IMG/VR virus record: IMGVR_UViG_3300025889_000073
Span: 1-64,000 of that record
Source: a virus
Length of the DNA: 64,000 nucleotides
Direction: 5' to 3' (one strand)
Made by a program: the position numbers and the translations under genes. The notes beneath the pieces are model-generated. The model was given only the letters and a program-made list of their open reading frames with translations. It was not told where the DNA came from and made no database searches. Of this stretch, positions 41,021-51,260 are shown piece after piece. How positions within the stretch are numbered: position 1 is the first letter of the stretch; the number at the start of each line of letters is the position of its first letter.

Positions 41021-41097
41021 CTGACCATAGTTCAGCTGGATAGAACAACAGCCTTCTAAGCTGTGGGTCGGGGGTTCGAATCCCTCTGGTCAGGCCA
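41021..41097 (+). tRNA. tRNA-Arg(UCU)
   Basis: CTGACCA/TGGTCAG acceptor stem; loop CT-TCT-AA; CCA. Confidence 0.95.
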
Positions 41098-41099
41098 AT

Positions 41100-41126
41100 T
41101 CCTCGATAGCTCAGTTGGTAGAGCAG
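41100..41126 (+). pseudogene. Truncated tRNA (5' acceptor strand plus D-arm only)
   Basis: TCCTCGA-TA-GCTCAGTTGGTAGAGC-AG, running directly into tRNA-Pro. Confidence 0.7.
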
Positions 41127-41127
41127 T

Positions 41128-41204
<77 letters not shown>

Positions 41205-41208
41205 TTAT

Positions 41209-41283
41209 GTGAATGTGGTCGAATGGTTAGGCACCGGATTGCAAATCCGGACTATGCAGGTTCGAATCCTGTCATTCACTCCA
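41209..41283 (+). tRNA. tRNA-Cys(GCA)
   Basis: Loop TT-GCA-AA; U discriminator; CCA. Confidence 0.95.
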
Positions 41284-41284
41284 G

Positions 41285-41360
<76 letters not shown>

Positions 41361-41371
41361 TATATATTATT

Positions 41372-41764
41372 ATGAAGAAAATACTTGTTAATGGAACTTT
41401 TGATATTTTACACATTGGTCACATATCATTATTGAATTATGCTAAAGGCCTTGGTGATACTTTAACTGTTGCGATTGATGCTGATAAACGGGTAAAAGAA
41501 AAAAAAGGTGATAGCCGTCCAATAAATAATCAGTATGATAGAATGGTGATGTTAAATAATTTGAAATCTGTTGACAATGTTATTCTTTTTCATACTGATG
41601 AAGATTTGATAGATATAATTAAGAAACACGATGTTTTGGTTAAAGGCTCTGATTATAAAGGTAAAAGTATAATTGGAGAGAAATATGCTAAGGAATTGAT
41701 TTACTATGACCGAATTGAACCCTACTCAACAACAAAAACGATTGAATATATTGTGTCTAGGTGA
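41372..41764 (+). CDS. D-glycero-beta-D-manno-heptose 1-phosphate adenylyltransferase (HldE/RfaE domain II)
   Basis: NGTFDILHIGH, KGDSRPIN, VKGSDY, YSTT. Confidence 0.85.
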   Translation: MKKILVNGTFDILHIGHISLLNYAKGLGDTLTVAIDADKRVKEKKGDSRPINNQYDRMVMLNNLKSVDNVILFHTDEDLIDIIKKHDVLVKGSDYKGKSIIGEKYAKELIYYDRIEPYSTTKTIEYIVSR

Positions 41765-42512
41765 TTCTTGTATTGACTCCTACCAATTTGGTAATGTCAA
41801 ACGACTAAGTCCCGAAGCACCTGTTCCAATTTTTGAACCAACTGAAAAAATTGTTTCACAAGGAATGGTTACAAATGTTGTAAATAATTTTTTGAAGTTA
41901 GGAGTTACGACTTGTTGTTTATCTGGCCAAGATTATTCAGTTAAAAAAAGATTTATCGATTCTGCTACAAAAAAACATATAATGCGACTTGATGAAAATA
42001 AAATTAGTGACCCTATCAAATTTGAAACTGTAGTTAGAAATTTGCAATTGATGAAACAAGTTGATGCTATTGTAATTTCCGATTATGACAAAGGTTCTAT
42101 TTCAGATAAGTTATTAACGGATTTAAGATTTCATCTTCCTAATGAATTTCATTGTCCGGTTTTTATTGATACGAAGAAAAAAGATTTGGCACGGTTTGAT
42201 GATTGGTTTGTTAAAATAAACAAAAGAGAATTTGATTCTGCAACATCCACTTGTAAAAATTTAATTGTAACTTTAGGTGAAAAAGGTACTTTGGTTTGGA
42301 ATGACACAAAAACTGTACCAACCAAAAAAGTTGATGTTATTGATGTATGTGGTGCCGGCGATACTTATTTGGCTGCGTTTACTTACAAATACTTATTGAC
42401 TAAAGATGTTTATGAAGCTGTAAATTTTGCACATAAAGCAGCAGCTGTTACAGTACAAAAAATTGGAGTTTATGCGCCGACATTGGAGGAAATAAATGTA
42501 CATAACTGGTAA
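41706..42512 (+). CDS. Heptose 7-phosphate kinase (HldE/RfaE domain I, PfkB family)
   Basis: RLSPEAPVP, ISDYDKG, VTLGEKG, DVCGAGDT. Confidence 0.85.
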   Translation: MTELNPTQQQKRLNILCLGDSCIDSYQFGNVKRLSPEAPVPIFEPTEKIVSQGMVTNVVNNFLKLGVTTCCLSGQDYSVKKRFIDSATKKHIMRLDENKISDPIKFETVVRNLQLMKQVDAIVISDYDKGSISDKLLTDLRFHLPNEFHCPVFIDTKKKDLARFDDWFVKINKREFDSATSTCKNLIVTLGEKGTLVWNDTKTVPTKKVDVIDVCGAGDTYLAAFTYKYLLTKDVYEAVNFAHKAAAVTVQKIGVYAPTLEEINVHNW

Positions 42513-42852
42513 AATTGATAAAGGTTGGGGACACGAAGACATTTGGGTTTCTAATGAAAAGTATTGCAGCAAGTTTTTACATTTTAAAAAAGACGCAAAA
42601 TTTTCAATGCACTTTCATGCTGAAAAGGAAGAAACTTGGTATATAATGAGTGGTGAATTTTTATTGCGAGTAATTGATTTGGATGATGCTAGTCAATACG
42701 AATTTGTTTTGACTAAAGGTGAAGTGTGGCACAATAAAAAATTACAACCACATCAATTGGTTTGTGTTGAAGAAGGAACTATTTTAGAAGTTTCTACTCC
42801 AGATTCTACTGAAGACAACTATAGGATTTTACCCGGAGATTCTCAAACGTGA
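42496..42852 (+). CDS. Cupin, mannose-6-phosphate isomerase-like
   Basis: KGWGHE, SMHFHAEKEETWY, H...EVSTPD. Confidence 0.75.
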   Translation: MYITGKIDKGWGHEDIWVSNEKYCSKFLHFKKDAKFSMHFHAEKEETWYIMSGEFLLRVIDLDDASQYEFVLTKGEVWHNKKLQPHQLVCVEEGTILEVSTPDSTEDNYRILPGDSQT

Positions 42853-43619
42853 AGATACTCGTAACTGGTTATAAAGGCTTTATTGGTTCACATATGGCTA
42901 GTTCGTTGAGTGAGCATGATGTTGAAGTTTATGATTGGGAACAACCTTATCCTGGTGTTATGGATTATGATTGGGTTATTCACATAGGAGGAATTTCATC
43001 AACAACTGAACGTAATATTGAAAAGATATTGCGGCAAAATTATGATTTTTCTTGCCGACTGTTTGATGATTGCAAAACTTTCGGAGTCAATTTTCAATTC
43101 GCTTCATCTGCTTCTGTATATGGATTAGGATTAGATTTTAGAGAAAATTCACCACCAGACCCAAGAACGCCTTATGCTTGGTCTAAATATCTTTTTGAAC
43201 GATATGCTATGAAAAATTTAGGCGGCAACATTGTTCAAATATTTCGTTATTTTAATGTGTATGGTCCTGGTGAAGAACACAAAGGAGACCAAGCCAGTCC
43301 ATTTACACAATTTGAGAGACAGGTTAAGAAAACCGGTCAGGTTAAAGTTTTCCGTGGAAGTGACGAATTCCGTAGAGACTTTATTCATGTTGATAAAATA
43401 GTATCTTTACATAAAAGTTTTTTGAATATACCGGAAAGTGGCATATGGAACTTTGGTACAGGCCGAACCATGAGTTTTATGGAAATAGCCAAAAAATTTA
43501 CTGATAATATAGTTGAAGTGGATGTACCGGAAAAATTAAAAGATAGTTATCAAAGATACACCTGTGCTGACCCAGCAAAGTTAAAATTGACTTTGAGGAC
43601 ATATAGTTCGACTAAATAG
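42849..43619 (+). CDS. ADP-L-glycero-D-manno-heptose 6-epimerase-like SDR (HldD/RfaD)
   Basis: GYKGFIG, ISSTTE, ASSASVYG, YAWSK, RYFNVYGPGEEHKG. Confidence 0.85.
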   Translation: MKILVTGYKGFIGSHMASSLSEHDVEVYDWEQPYPGVMDYDWVIHIGGISSTTERNIEKILRQNYDFSCRLFDDCKTFGVNFQFASSASVYGLGLDFRENSPPDPRTPYAWSKYLFERYAMKNLGGNIVQIFRYFNVYGPGEEHKGDQASPFTQFERQVKKTGQVKVFRGSDEFRRDFIHVDKIVSLHKSFLNIPESGIWNFGTGRTMSFMEIAKKFTDNIVEVDVPEKLKDSYQRYTCADPAKLKLTLRTYSSTK

Positions 43620-43681
43620 ATAGTGCCTTTAAATTATTTCTCTTTGATTTTACTATTTTTTAAAAAAGGGGAAATAATCAA

Positions 43682-44476
43682 ATGAGAAAACTTTTAGTCG
43701 CAATCGCAATGGTTACGGCTTGGTCTGGTGTTTACGCTCAGACTTACGATAGCACTACACTTGTAGATACCAATAATAATTCTACATCCACAAGTACGGT
43801 CACGAGCACGAATACAAACACCAACACTAATACGAATGTCAATACAAATGACACAACGGTGAATAGCACCTCTACGGCTACGAATACTAACAATAATACA
43901 AACACGAACACCAGCACCTCTACGTCTACAAACACCAATAATAGTACCAATACAAATACTAATACATCTACCAGTACCAACACAAATACTAACACGAACC
44001 AAAACGTGAATACTGGTGACATGACGAATCGGAACATTAACGATACGAAGATGGAACAAACCATCAAATCTCCACCACCTACAGCTGTTGCACCTTCAAT
44101 GATGAGTGGCGGTGGAAATGATTTGTGTACGACTGGTGTAAGCGGTGCTGTACAAACACAAATACTAGGTATCTCTGGTGGTTCTACTGTAAGAGATTTG
44201 AATTGTGAAAGATTGAAGTTATCTAAAACTCTTTATGATATGGGAATGAAAGTGGCAGCTGTATCTGCATTGTGTCAAGACCGCCGTGTTTTTGATGCAA
44301 TGTGGAATGCAGGCACACCTTGTCCGTTTGAAGGCATGATTGGTAATGCTGCTAAATTGGCTTGGGAGGCACACCCAAATAAAATTCCTGAATACGAAAC
44401 GAAGAAAGAAGATGACACTTTCCAAAAGATTGGCATTGGGTTTGGCGTTGCTGCTGTGCTCGGTGTCTTATTCTAA
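43682..44476 (+). CDS. Secreted/membrane-anchored protein with Thr/Asn-rich repeat
   Basis: Signal peptide, about 95 aa of T/N/S repeat, Cys-containing domain, C-terminal TM. Confidence 0.7.
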   Translation: MRKLLVAIAMVTAWSGVYAQTYDSTTLVDTNNNSTSTSTVTSTNTNTNTNTNVNTNDTTVNSTSTATNTNNNTNTNTSTSTSTNTNNSTNTNTNTSTSTNTNTNTNQNVNTGDMTNRNINDTKMEQTIKSPPPTAVAPSMMSGGGNDLCTTGVSGAVQTQILGISGGSTVRDLNCERLKLSKTLYDMGMKVAAVSALCQDRRVFDAMWNAGTPCPFEGMIGNAAKLAWEAHPNKIPEYETKKEDDTFQKIGIGFGVAAVLGVLF

Positions 44477-45806
44477 CGCACAAGTAAGCACTACTGGTAA
44501 CCTAATCCAAAACAATGCTTGGACAGGTTGTTGGACACCTACGGCCGATGGCTTTTGGGGTGGGACTTCTGGTGGACCATGTCCTGGTATTAGTAATGAT
44601 GGGTATGATGGTAGTAATCAAATCATCTTTAGTTATCAACAACAAACGATAAGTCAGACCACTGCTCTGGCAAATGCCTTGCCTAACTCTGGTACTGGTT
44701 TACAAGTGAATGGTTATAACTGGCATTGGCACGCAAAGAACTCAAACATCAATGATGGACAGCCTGGTGGTTATGATACTACTGCCTACATTACTGTTGA
44801 CTTGTTGAATGCTTCAGGCTCTATTCTTGAGTCTGACAAGTATGATTATGGTTATAGGATATCGGATTGGATCAATCCAAGTGGCACAAGGACATACACA
44901 AACCCATACAGTTTATCTACGGCCGATTCAATTCGTTTAAGTGTAACTGGTAAAGATGATGGGTTCTGGGCCGGTTACTGGGGTCCAGAGTTCATGCACG
45001 TTACTTTAAATGTTAATTATTCAGTAGATCCATGTTATGATAATCCTTTATACTCTCCAACCTGTTCAGGTTTTGCCGCTGCTCTTGCTTCTTTGACGGA
45101 AACATCTACAGCAGGAACAACCGATGCAGTCGATGGTGTATCGCAAACTGTTACACCTACTACTGTAGAAATAGTTGAAGAAACAAGTAATGCAGCGGCA
45201 CCCACTATTGATGCTGGTGGTATTGAAGTGTCCACTACAGGCGAATTATCTGTACCCGATGGCATTCCTGCCGTTGTGAAAGAAACTAAAAAAGAAGAAG
45301 AAAAAGAGAAAAAAGAAATCAATTATAGTTTGATTGCAATGGTTGTCAGACAGGCAACTGATTTAACAAATGTAATGAGTGTTGTAAATCAAAGTATCAT
45401 GCAGTCATCAAGTGTTGCCTCAAATCCAATAACAACAGAACAAGAAGAAGCGATTATTGAACAGGCAACAACAAGTCAAACAACAACGACAACTGCAACA
45501 ACACAACAACAAGAAAATACAAATCAAACTGTAACGACAGAAACGACAACAGAAAAACCAAAACAACAAACAACGGTTGCTGCTAAAAAACAAGATAATG
45601 AAGCAGCAAGCGGTGGTGTTAGTATGAATGACTTTGCTAAAGTACCTTCTGGTTTTGACGCATATCAAACTCAAATGAGAGATGTAGCATTTTATGCACC
45701 AAAAGAAATTTACAAAGGTCAAACTAATGTTGATAATCGTAGAGCTATGAGAGCACTTGGATCTGATAGGTTACACCAAGAAATGGTGAGGCAACAATAC
45801 AAATGA
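44412..45806 (+). CDS. Secreted protein (beta-rich N-domain, T/Q-rich linker)
   Basis: Signal peptide ending SNA; DDGFWAGYWGP; DPC..NPLYSPTC. Confidence 0.6.
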   Translation: MTLSKRLALGLALLLCSVSYSNAQVSTTGNLIQNNAWTGCWTPTADGFWGGTSGGPCPGISNDGYDGSNQIIFSYQQQTISQTTALANALPNSGTGLQVNGYNWHWHAKNSNINDGQPGGYDTTAYITVDLLNASGSILESDKYDYGYRISDWINPSGTRTYTNPYSLSTADSIRLSVTGKDDGFWAGYWGPEFMHVTLNVNYSVDPCYDNPLYSPTCSGFAAALASLTETSTAGTTDAVDGVSQTVTPTTVEIVEETSNAAAPTIDAGGIEVSTTGELSVPDGIPAVVKETKKEEEKEKKEINYSLIAMVVRQATDLTNVMSVVNQSIMQSSSVASNPITTEQEEAIIEQATTSQTTTTTATTQQQENTNQTVTTETTTEKPKQQTTVAAKKQDNEAASGGVSMNDFAKVPSGFDAYQTQMRDVAFYAPKEIYKGQTNVDNRRAMRALGSDRLHQEMVRQQYK

Positions 45807-45816
45807 GAGGACCATT

Positions 45817-46269
45817 ATGTTAGCAGAATTAGCCGCTATCAATGCCGCATATGGTGTTATTAAAGAAGTCGTTGGTAATGGTCAAGAATTGTATGCTGCT
45901 GGCCAACATATAGCACAATTTTTTAATAGTAAACATGAGTTGCAGAAAAAATTAAATGAGAAACCACCTGACCAAAGAAATCAATTGGAAGAATTTTTTG
46001 CATTAGAGGAAATAAAAGCAAGAGAACAAGAATTAAAAGATTTGATGATTATATCTGGCCGACCAGGTATGTGGGATGATTGGTTAAAATTCCAAGCTGA
46101 CCAAGCTAAAGCTCGGCGTGAAGAAATTGCAAAATTGGAAAGACAAGCTTATTTGAGGAGACAAAAAATTAAAAAATATTTTGATTATTTTTTAATAGCA
46201 TTTGTTTCGACAGCTGTTGTTGCTGGTATAACATGGTTAATAATTTTTATTTCAACATATAATAATTAA
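45817..46269 (+). CDS. Membrane protein (C-terminal TM)
   Basis: MLAELAAINAAY...GRPGMWDDW; GAGG SD. Confidence 0.6.
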   Translation: MLAELAAINAAYGVIKEVVGNGQELYAAGQHIAQFFNSKHELQKKLNEKPPDQRNQLEEFFALEEIKAREQELKDLMIISGRPGMWDDWLKFQADQAKARREEIAKLERQAYLRRQKIKKYFDYFLIAFVSTAVVAGITWLIIFISTYNN

Positions 46270-46281
46270 AGGGAGAAAAAT

Positions 46282-46695
46282 ATGAGTAATGAACTTACAC
46301 AAGCGGGTTGGCATCCGGCAGACACAAACGGAGATGGCCAAGTTGATGATTATGAAAGACAGATGTATCTAGAATTCAAACGTAAAGAACTTGAAGACGC
46401 TGATGCACAACGTGATGCCATGCGTAAAATGACTTGGTTTGCATTATTTGGAATGTTGTTATATCCAACAACAATTTTTATCACATCAGCATTTGGACTT
46501 GATAAAGCTGCTGCTATTATTGGAGATATTGCACCAACATATTTTGTTGCAATTTCTGCTTTAGTTGCTGCTTTTTTTGGTGCCAATGCTTATTCTAACA
46601 ATAAAAAATCGACAGGTACACCGCCTCCTGCGGCACCATCAGCACCAAGTGTACCTAAACCTTCAGTACCTTCGGTTTCAGTACCAAAACTATAA
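46282..46695 (+). CDS. Two-TM membrane protein with EF-hand-like loop; holin candidate
   Basis: DTNGDGQVD, two TM helices, Pro-rich tail; near endolysin. Confidence 0.5.
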   Translation: MSNELTQAGWHPADTNGDGQVDDYERQMYLEFKRKELEDADAQRDAMRKMTWFALFGMLLYPTTIFITSAFGLDKAAAIIGDIAPTYFVAISALVAAFFGANAYSNNKKSTGTPPPAAPSAPSVPKPSVPSVSVPKL

Positions 46696-46704
46696 GGATA
46701 AAAA

Positions 46705-47256
46705 ATGTCTAAAAATTTGGATGACCAAGTAGACAAATTGGAAAACGCAGTTGACCCCAATACTGTAATTAGTATTGGGGGATTTAACTTTACTCCAGCA
46801 AAAATTATGATTGCTGGAGGTATATTATCTACTGTATTAGGCGGCCTTTATGGTGCATTTGAAGTCTATAAAGACTATATGGATATGAAAGAGGCAATAC
46901 AATCATATGTTACTCCTGATTTGAGTGATATAAATAAAAATATGGCTGTGTTGAAAGAACAAATGGAAGCAACCTCAAAAGAGGTAACTGTCATTAAAGG
47001 TTCAGTTGCTGAGACTGCACAATATACACAAGAAATTAAGAATGATTTAAAAGGTGATATTCGTGGTATCGAGAAAGTAGTAGAAGGTATTGAAAGGTCA
47101 ACCAAAGAACAACAGAGACAAGTTGACGCCGATTTAAAAACGGCAAGAAATGAAATGAGGGATTTACAGAAAGAAACCGATAAAGGAATCAAAGAAGTAA
47201 AAGCCGAAATGGATAAAAAAATTAAAGAAGCGCTTGATAACCCGCTTGCAAATTAA
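46705..47256 (+). CDS. Membrane-anchored coiled-coil protein
   Basis: One TM, heptads, C-terminal ALDNPLAN. Confidence 0.6.
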   Translation: MSKNLDDQVDKLENAVDPNTVISIGGFNFTPAKIMIAGGILSTVLGGLYGAFEVYKDYMDMKEAIQSYVTPDLSDINKNMAVLKEQMEATSKEVTVIKGSVAETAQYTQEIKNDLKGDIRGIEKVVEGIERSTKEQQRQVDADLKTARNEMRDLQKETDKGIKEVKAEMDKKIKEALDNPLAN

Positions 47257-47270
47257 TATAGGAGCAAAAA

Positions 47271-47897
47271 ATGTCTTTTGATTTTGAATTTACGCAAGAT
47301 AAACTTGCACAAATTATTCCAAATGCTGCTTATGGAGTTGATGTTTGGTTTAATGAACTAAATGAACTTTTACCCGTATTTGAAATTAATACGGCACCAA
47401 GAGTTGCCGCTTTTATTGCACAGACAGCTCACGAATCCGGAGGATATCGTGCTCTTTCAGAAAATTTAAATTATTCTGGTGATGCTCTTTGCCGAGTTTG
47501 GCCAAGACATTTCAATGAAGAAAATAAAGAACAGTATCACCGTAATCCTGAAGCAATTGCAAATCGTGCCTATCGTAATCGTATGGGTAATGGTGATGAA
47601 GAATCCGGTGAAGGCTGGGCTTATCGTGGTCGTGGACTCATTCAATTGACAGGTAAAGATAATTATAGTAGATTTGCTGCATATGCTGAAATGGCTGTTG
47701 AACAGGCACCAGAATATATTGAAACTCCCCGTGGTGCGGTCCATTCAGCTTGCTGGTTCTGGTATTCTAATGACTTAAACACTTTTGCTGATGCTGGTGA
47801 TTTTACTGGCATGACTAAACGTATTAATGGTGGTACTATTGGTTTGGAAGACCGTATTAAACATTATGAAGAAGCATTACACCTTTTTGGAGCGTAA
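47271..47897 (+). CDS. Glycoside hydrolase family 19 endolysin
   Basis: FIAQTAHESGG, ENLNYS, YRGRGLIQLTGKDNY, TKRINGG. Confidence 0.92.
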   Translation: MSFDFEFTQDKLAQIIPNAAYGVDVWFNELNELLPVFEINTAPRVAAFIAQTAHESGGYRALSENLNYSGDALCRVWPRHFNEENKEQYHRNPEAIANRAYRNRMGNGDEESGEGWAYRGRGLIQLTGKDNYSRFAAYAEMAVEQAPEYIETPRGAVHSACWFWYSNDLNTFADAGDFTGMTKRINGGTIGLEDRIKHYEEALHLFGA

Positions 47898-47898
47898 T

Positions 47899-48129
47899 AT
47901 GAAATATATTTTAGGACTATTCATTGCTCTTTCGTTGGCATTTCCAGGTTATGCTGCAACGAAAACTCCCGTTAAAGTTGATTGTTCGGTAAAGAAAAAC
48001 GCTAAAAAATTGGAATGTAAAGAAGCACCAAAAACCAATGTGAAGGTTGAAGTTAAAAAACCAAAAAAGGTTGATAGAAAAGCACCAAAAAAAGTACAAA
48101 AAAAAGCTGAAGAAAACAATAAAAAATAA
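47899..48129 (+). CDS. Small secreted Lys-rich protein
   Basis: Signal peptide followed by basic tail. Confidence 0.55.
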   Translation: MKYILGLFIALSLAFPGYAATKTPVKVDCSVKKNAKKLECKEAPKTNVKVEVKKPKKVDRKAPKKVQKKAEENNKK

Positions 48130-48286
48130 TTGCCGCAAAGGTATATGAATTGTGTTATACTACGAACAAATGTTTGATGTTTTTGTACACTTTTGGGTAG
48201 AGTTTTATTATTTGCCGTATAGAATTATGGGTAAATTTGGATAGATTGCCGCAATAAATATCATTTTGTGATATACTGATGAAACT

Positions 48287-49135
48287 ATGATTATATTTGA
48301 CTTTAACCAGGTAGCAATATCAAATTTAATGGAACAAATAGGTTCTTCCAAAACTCAGGTCGAGGAGGGGCTTGTTCGTCACATGATATTAAATACCATT
48401 CGCACCTATGTGAAAAAATTTAAGCAATCACATGGACCTGAAGTTGTCATTGCTTGTGACAATAAAAATTATTGGCGCCGAGAAATATATCCACATTACA
48501 AAGCTTCACGAAAAAAAGCGAGGGAAGCTTCTGGACATGATTGGAATACTATTTTCGAATGCCTGAATAAAATTCGTGATGAACTAAAGGAATTTTCTCC
48601 CTATAAAGTTGTTGATGTTCATACCTGTGAAGCAGATGATATTATTGCTACGTTGGTGATGAAACATTCAGCAACACAAAAGGTTATGATTCTTTCCTCC
48701 GACAAAGACTTTGCTCAACTACAGAAATACCCTAATGTTGAACAATATTCTCCAATATTAAAGAAATTTATTAAAGAACCTCTGCCTTCAATGCAGTTGA
48801 AGCAGTTGATTATTCGTGGAGATAAAGGTGATGGAATTCCAAATATTCTTTCGGCCGATGATACGTTTGTTACTGGTACTAGGCAAAAACCTATTACTGA
48901 AACAAAAATTATCAAGTGGATGAATCAGGACGCTAAGGAGTTTTGTACTGAAGATATGTACCGTAATTTTATTCGGAACGAAACTTTAATTGACCTTTCA
49001 AAAATACCCGAAAATTTGACGCAAGAGATTCTAAATAAGTATGAAAATAGTGTAGTTCATTCTAAGTCTGAATTTATGAACTACATGATTAGTAACCGAC
49101 TAAAAAATTTAATTGAAGTGATTGATGAGTTTTAA
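48287..49135 (+). CDS. rnh: T4-type RNase H (5'-3' exonuclease)
   Basis: IIFDFNQ, YKASR, EADDIIA, SSDKDFAQL, GDKGDGIPN. Confidence 0.92.
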   Translation: MIIFDFNQVAISNLMEQIGSSKTQVEEGLVRHMILNTIRTYVKKFKQSHGPEVVIACDNKNYWRREIYPHYKASRKKAREASGHDWNTIFECLNKIRDELKEFSPYKVVDVHTCEADDIIATLVMKHSATQKVMILSSDKDFAQLQKYPNVEQYSPILKKFIKEPLPSMQLKQLIIRGDKGDGIPNILSADDTFVTGTRQKPITETKIIKWMNQDAKEFCTEDMYRNFIRNETLIDLSKIPENLTQEILNKYENSVVHSKSEFMNYMISNRLKNLIEVIDEF

Positions 49136-49552
49136 ATGATAAAAGGTAAATTATACACCGAAATTATTTCGGAATTTGAATCGTGTGAAACAAAAAAAGA
49201 TAGGATGTCTATATTGCAAAAATATGATACTCCTAGGTTTAGAAGTTTTTTAAACTATGTATTGGATGAATCTGTAGAATTCGATGTGCAAATTCCAAAC
49301 TATCGACCTGCATTAGAACCTGCTGGATTAAACTATACATATCTTGATAATGAAATTCCTAAACTTTACAGATTCATAAAAGGTCATCCTCAACGACCTA
49401 CTGGACTAACTCCCAAAAAACAAGAACAACTGCTGGTTGTTATTTTAGAATCTTTATATAAAGATGAAGCTGAAATGCTTTGTAAATTAATACAACGAAA
49501 ATTAAAAATCCCACATTTAACAAATAAATTTATTAAAGAAACTTATAATTAA
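49136..49552 (+). CDS. Conserved T4-like hypothetical protein downstream of rnh
   Basis: LYRF...KQEQLL..ILESL..DEAE motif. Confidence 0.6.
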   Translation: MIKGKLYTEIISEFESCETKKDRMSILQKYDTPRFRSFLNYVLDESVEFDVQIPNYRPALEPAGLNYTYLDNEIPKLYRFIKGHPQRPTGLTPKKQEQLLVVILESLYKDEAEMLCKLIQRKLKIPHLTNKFIKETYN

Positions 49553-49555
49553 TAT

Positions 49556-50326
49556 ATGAAAGTAGCTGTGATTACTCCAACTATTGGAGCAAACACATTA
49601 TCTCAATGTGTTGAATCTGTACAAAATCAAACCTATGAAAATTTAACCCATTACATTTATTTGGATGGCGAACAACATTATGACAAAATTCATCCTATAC
49701 TTGGCGAACATTCAGGCCGAAGAACTATCAAAACTACCTCTCTGGAAGAAAATGTTGGTAAAGGTTGGTATGGCCATCGTGTCTATGCTGCTTGTTCCTT
49801 TCTCGTTAATGCTGATGTTATATGTTACCTCGATGAAGATAATTTTTATGAGCCTAATCACGTTGAGGGGTTGGTTTCTAAAATTAAAGAAGGCGCTGAA
49901 TGGGCCTATTCATTAAGGAAAATTTATGATAAACAAGGAAACTATCTCTGTGAAGACAATTGTGAATCGATTGGTAAATGGCCTGTCTATTTTAATGATG
50001 AAGTATTTCACATTGATACATCTAGTTTTGCCATACGCCGTGATATTGCTGTTCGGATTGGCCATGCTTGGTACGGCAAATGGGGAGCAGATAGACAATT
50101 TTTTGGCACACTAAAACATCACTTTAAAGATTTTGAATGTTCTGGAGAATATACACTTTGTTATAGACTTGATGGTAATGAAGGTTCTGTGAATGAAGAA
50201 TTTTTCGAAAAGGGTAACAAAATTCAATCGGAAAAGTATGACAATAAATTTCCATGGAAAAAAGAATTTTATAAAAACAATGAAAGAGGACATACGATTG
50301 GACCAGGAATCAAAATTGTCCCCTGA
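49556..50326 (+). CDS. Glycosyltransferase family 2
   Basis: VITPT...SVQNQTY, YLDEDN, WGADR. Confidence 0.85.
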   Translation: MKVAVITPTIGANTLSQCVESVQNQTYENLTHYIYLDGEQHYDKIHPILGEHSGRRTIKTTSLEENVGKGWYGHRVYAACSFLVNADVICYLDEDNFYEPNHVEGLVSKIKEGAEWAYSLRKIYDKQGNYLCEDNCESIGKWPVYFNDEVFHIDTSSFAIRRDIAVRIGHAWYGKWGADRQFFGTLKHHFKDFECSGEYTLCYRLDGNEGSVNEEFFEKGNKIQSEKYDNKFPWKKEFYKNNERGHTIGPGIKIVP

Positions 50327-51260
50327 TAAAAAAACAGCTTTTGTCACCGGCGCCGCAGGATATCTAGGAAGTCATTTGTGTAAGGCCTTGAAAAATGATG
50401 GGTGGAATGTTGTAGGTTTTGGCCATAGAAGATATACAAAAAATCCATATATTGATATAATGCACTATGGAGATATTCGTGACCAAGAGTCTTTATATTA
50501 TATTTTTGATAAGGTAAAAATTGACACCGTTTTCCATTTGGCGGGCAGAATTGAATCAGGCATATCTTTTGCGGAGCCAACAGAGTTTTATTCTGTTAAT
50601 GCGGGTGGTACCACAATATTATTGAATGTTATGAAAAAATATGATATTGAGAATATTGTGTTTTCATCAACTGCTGCCGTATACAAAACAAAAAACACTC
50701 CTATCAAAGAAGATGATGAGAAAGATGATAATTCTCCTTACGGTTATTCAAAACTTTTTGCTGAAAAAGCTATTGAGGCTTCTGGTTTAAATTATGTAAT
50801 TTTTAGATATTTCAATTTAACAGGTGCCGACCCATCTGGAGAATTTGGTGAAGCTCATGAACCAGAAACACATTTGATACCTAGACTCATATTAAATTCT
50901 GAAAATTTTGAGATTAATGGTAACGACCATGAAACAATAGACGGAACTTGTGTCAGAGATTATGTCCATGTTTCAGACGTTTCGGATATACATTCTAAAG
51001 CAGGAAATTATTTAATGTCTGGAAATAAATCTGTAATTTTAAACATAGGTACAGGCAAAGGATACTCTATATTGGAAGTGGTCTCAGAACTTGAAAAAAT
51101 TATAGATAAGAATATACCAATAAAATTTTTACCTAAAAGACCGGGTGATGCTTCTAGTTTAATTGCCGATATTACTCTTGCCCAAAAGATATTGAATTAC
51201 CAGCCAAAACATGATATAATCTCAATGTTAAAAACAGCACACAGATGGTATAAAAAATGA
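50280..51260 (+). CDS. galE: UDP-glucose 4-epimerase-like SDR
   Basis: GAAGYLGSH, FSSTAAVY, YGYSK, RYFN..GA, ETHLIP, DGTCVRDYVHV. Confidence 0.85.
   Translation: MKEDIRLDQESKLSPDKKTAFVTGAAGYLGSHLCKALKNDGWNVVGFGHRRYTKNPYIDIMHYGDIRDQESLYYIFDKVKIDTVFHLAGRIESGISFAEPTEFYSVNAGGTTILLNVMKKYDIENIVFSSTAAVYKTKNTPIKEDDEKDDNSPYGYSKLFAEKAIEASGLNYVIFRYFNLTGADPSGEFGEAHEPETHLIPRLILNSENFEINGNDHETIDGTCVRDYVHVSDVSDIHSKAGNYLMSGNKSVILNIGTGKGYSILEVVSELEKIIDKNIPIKFLPKRPGDASSLIADITLAQKILNYQPKHDIISMLKTAHRWYKK

Noticed and set aside
43694-44067. Minus-strand Val/Leu-rich ORFs (VLVFVLVL...)
   Set aside because: Antisense shadow of the Thr/Asn repeat in the + strand gene
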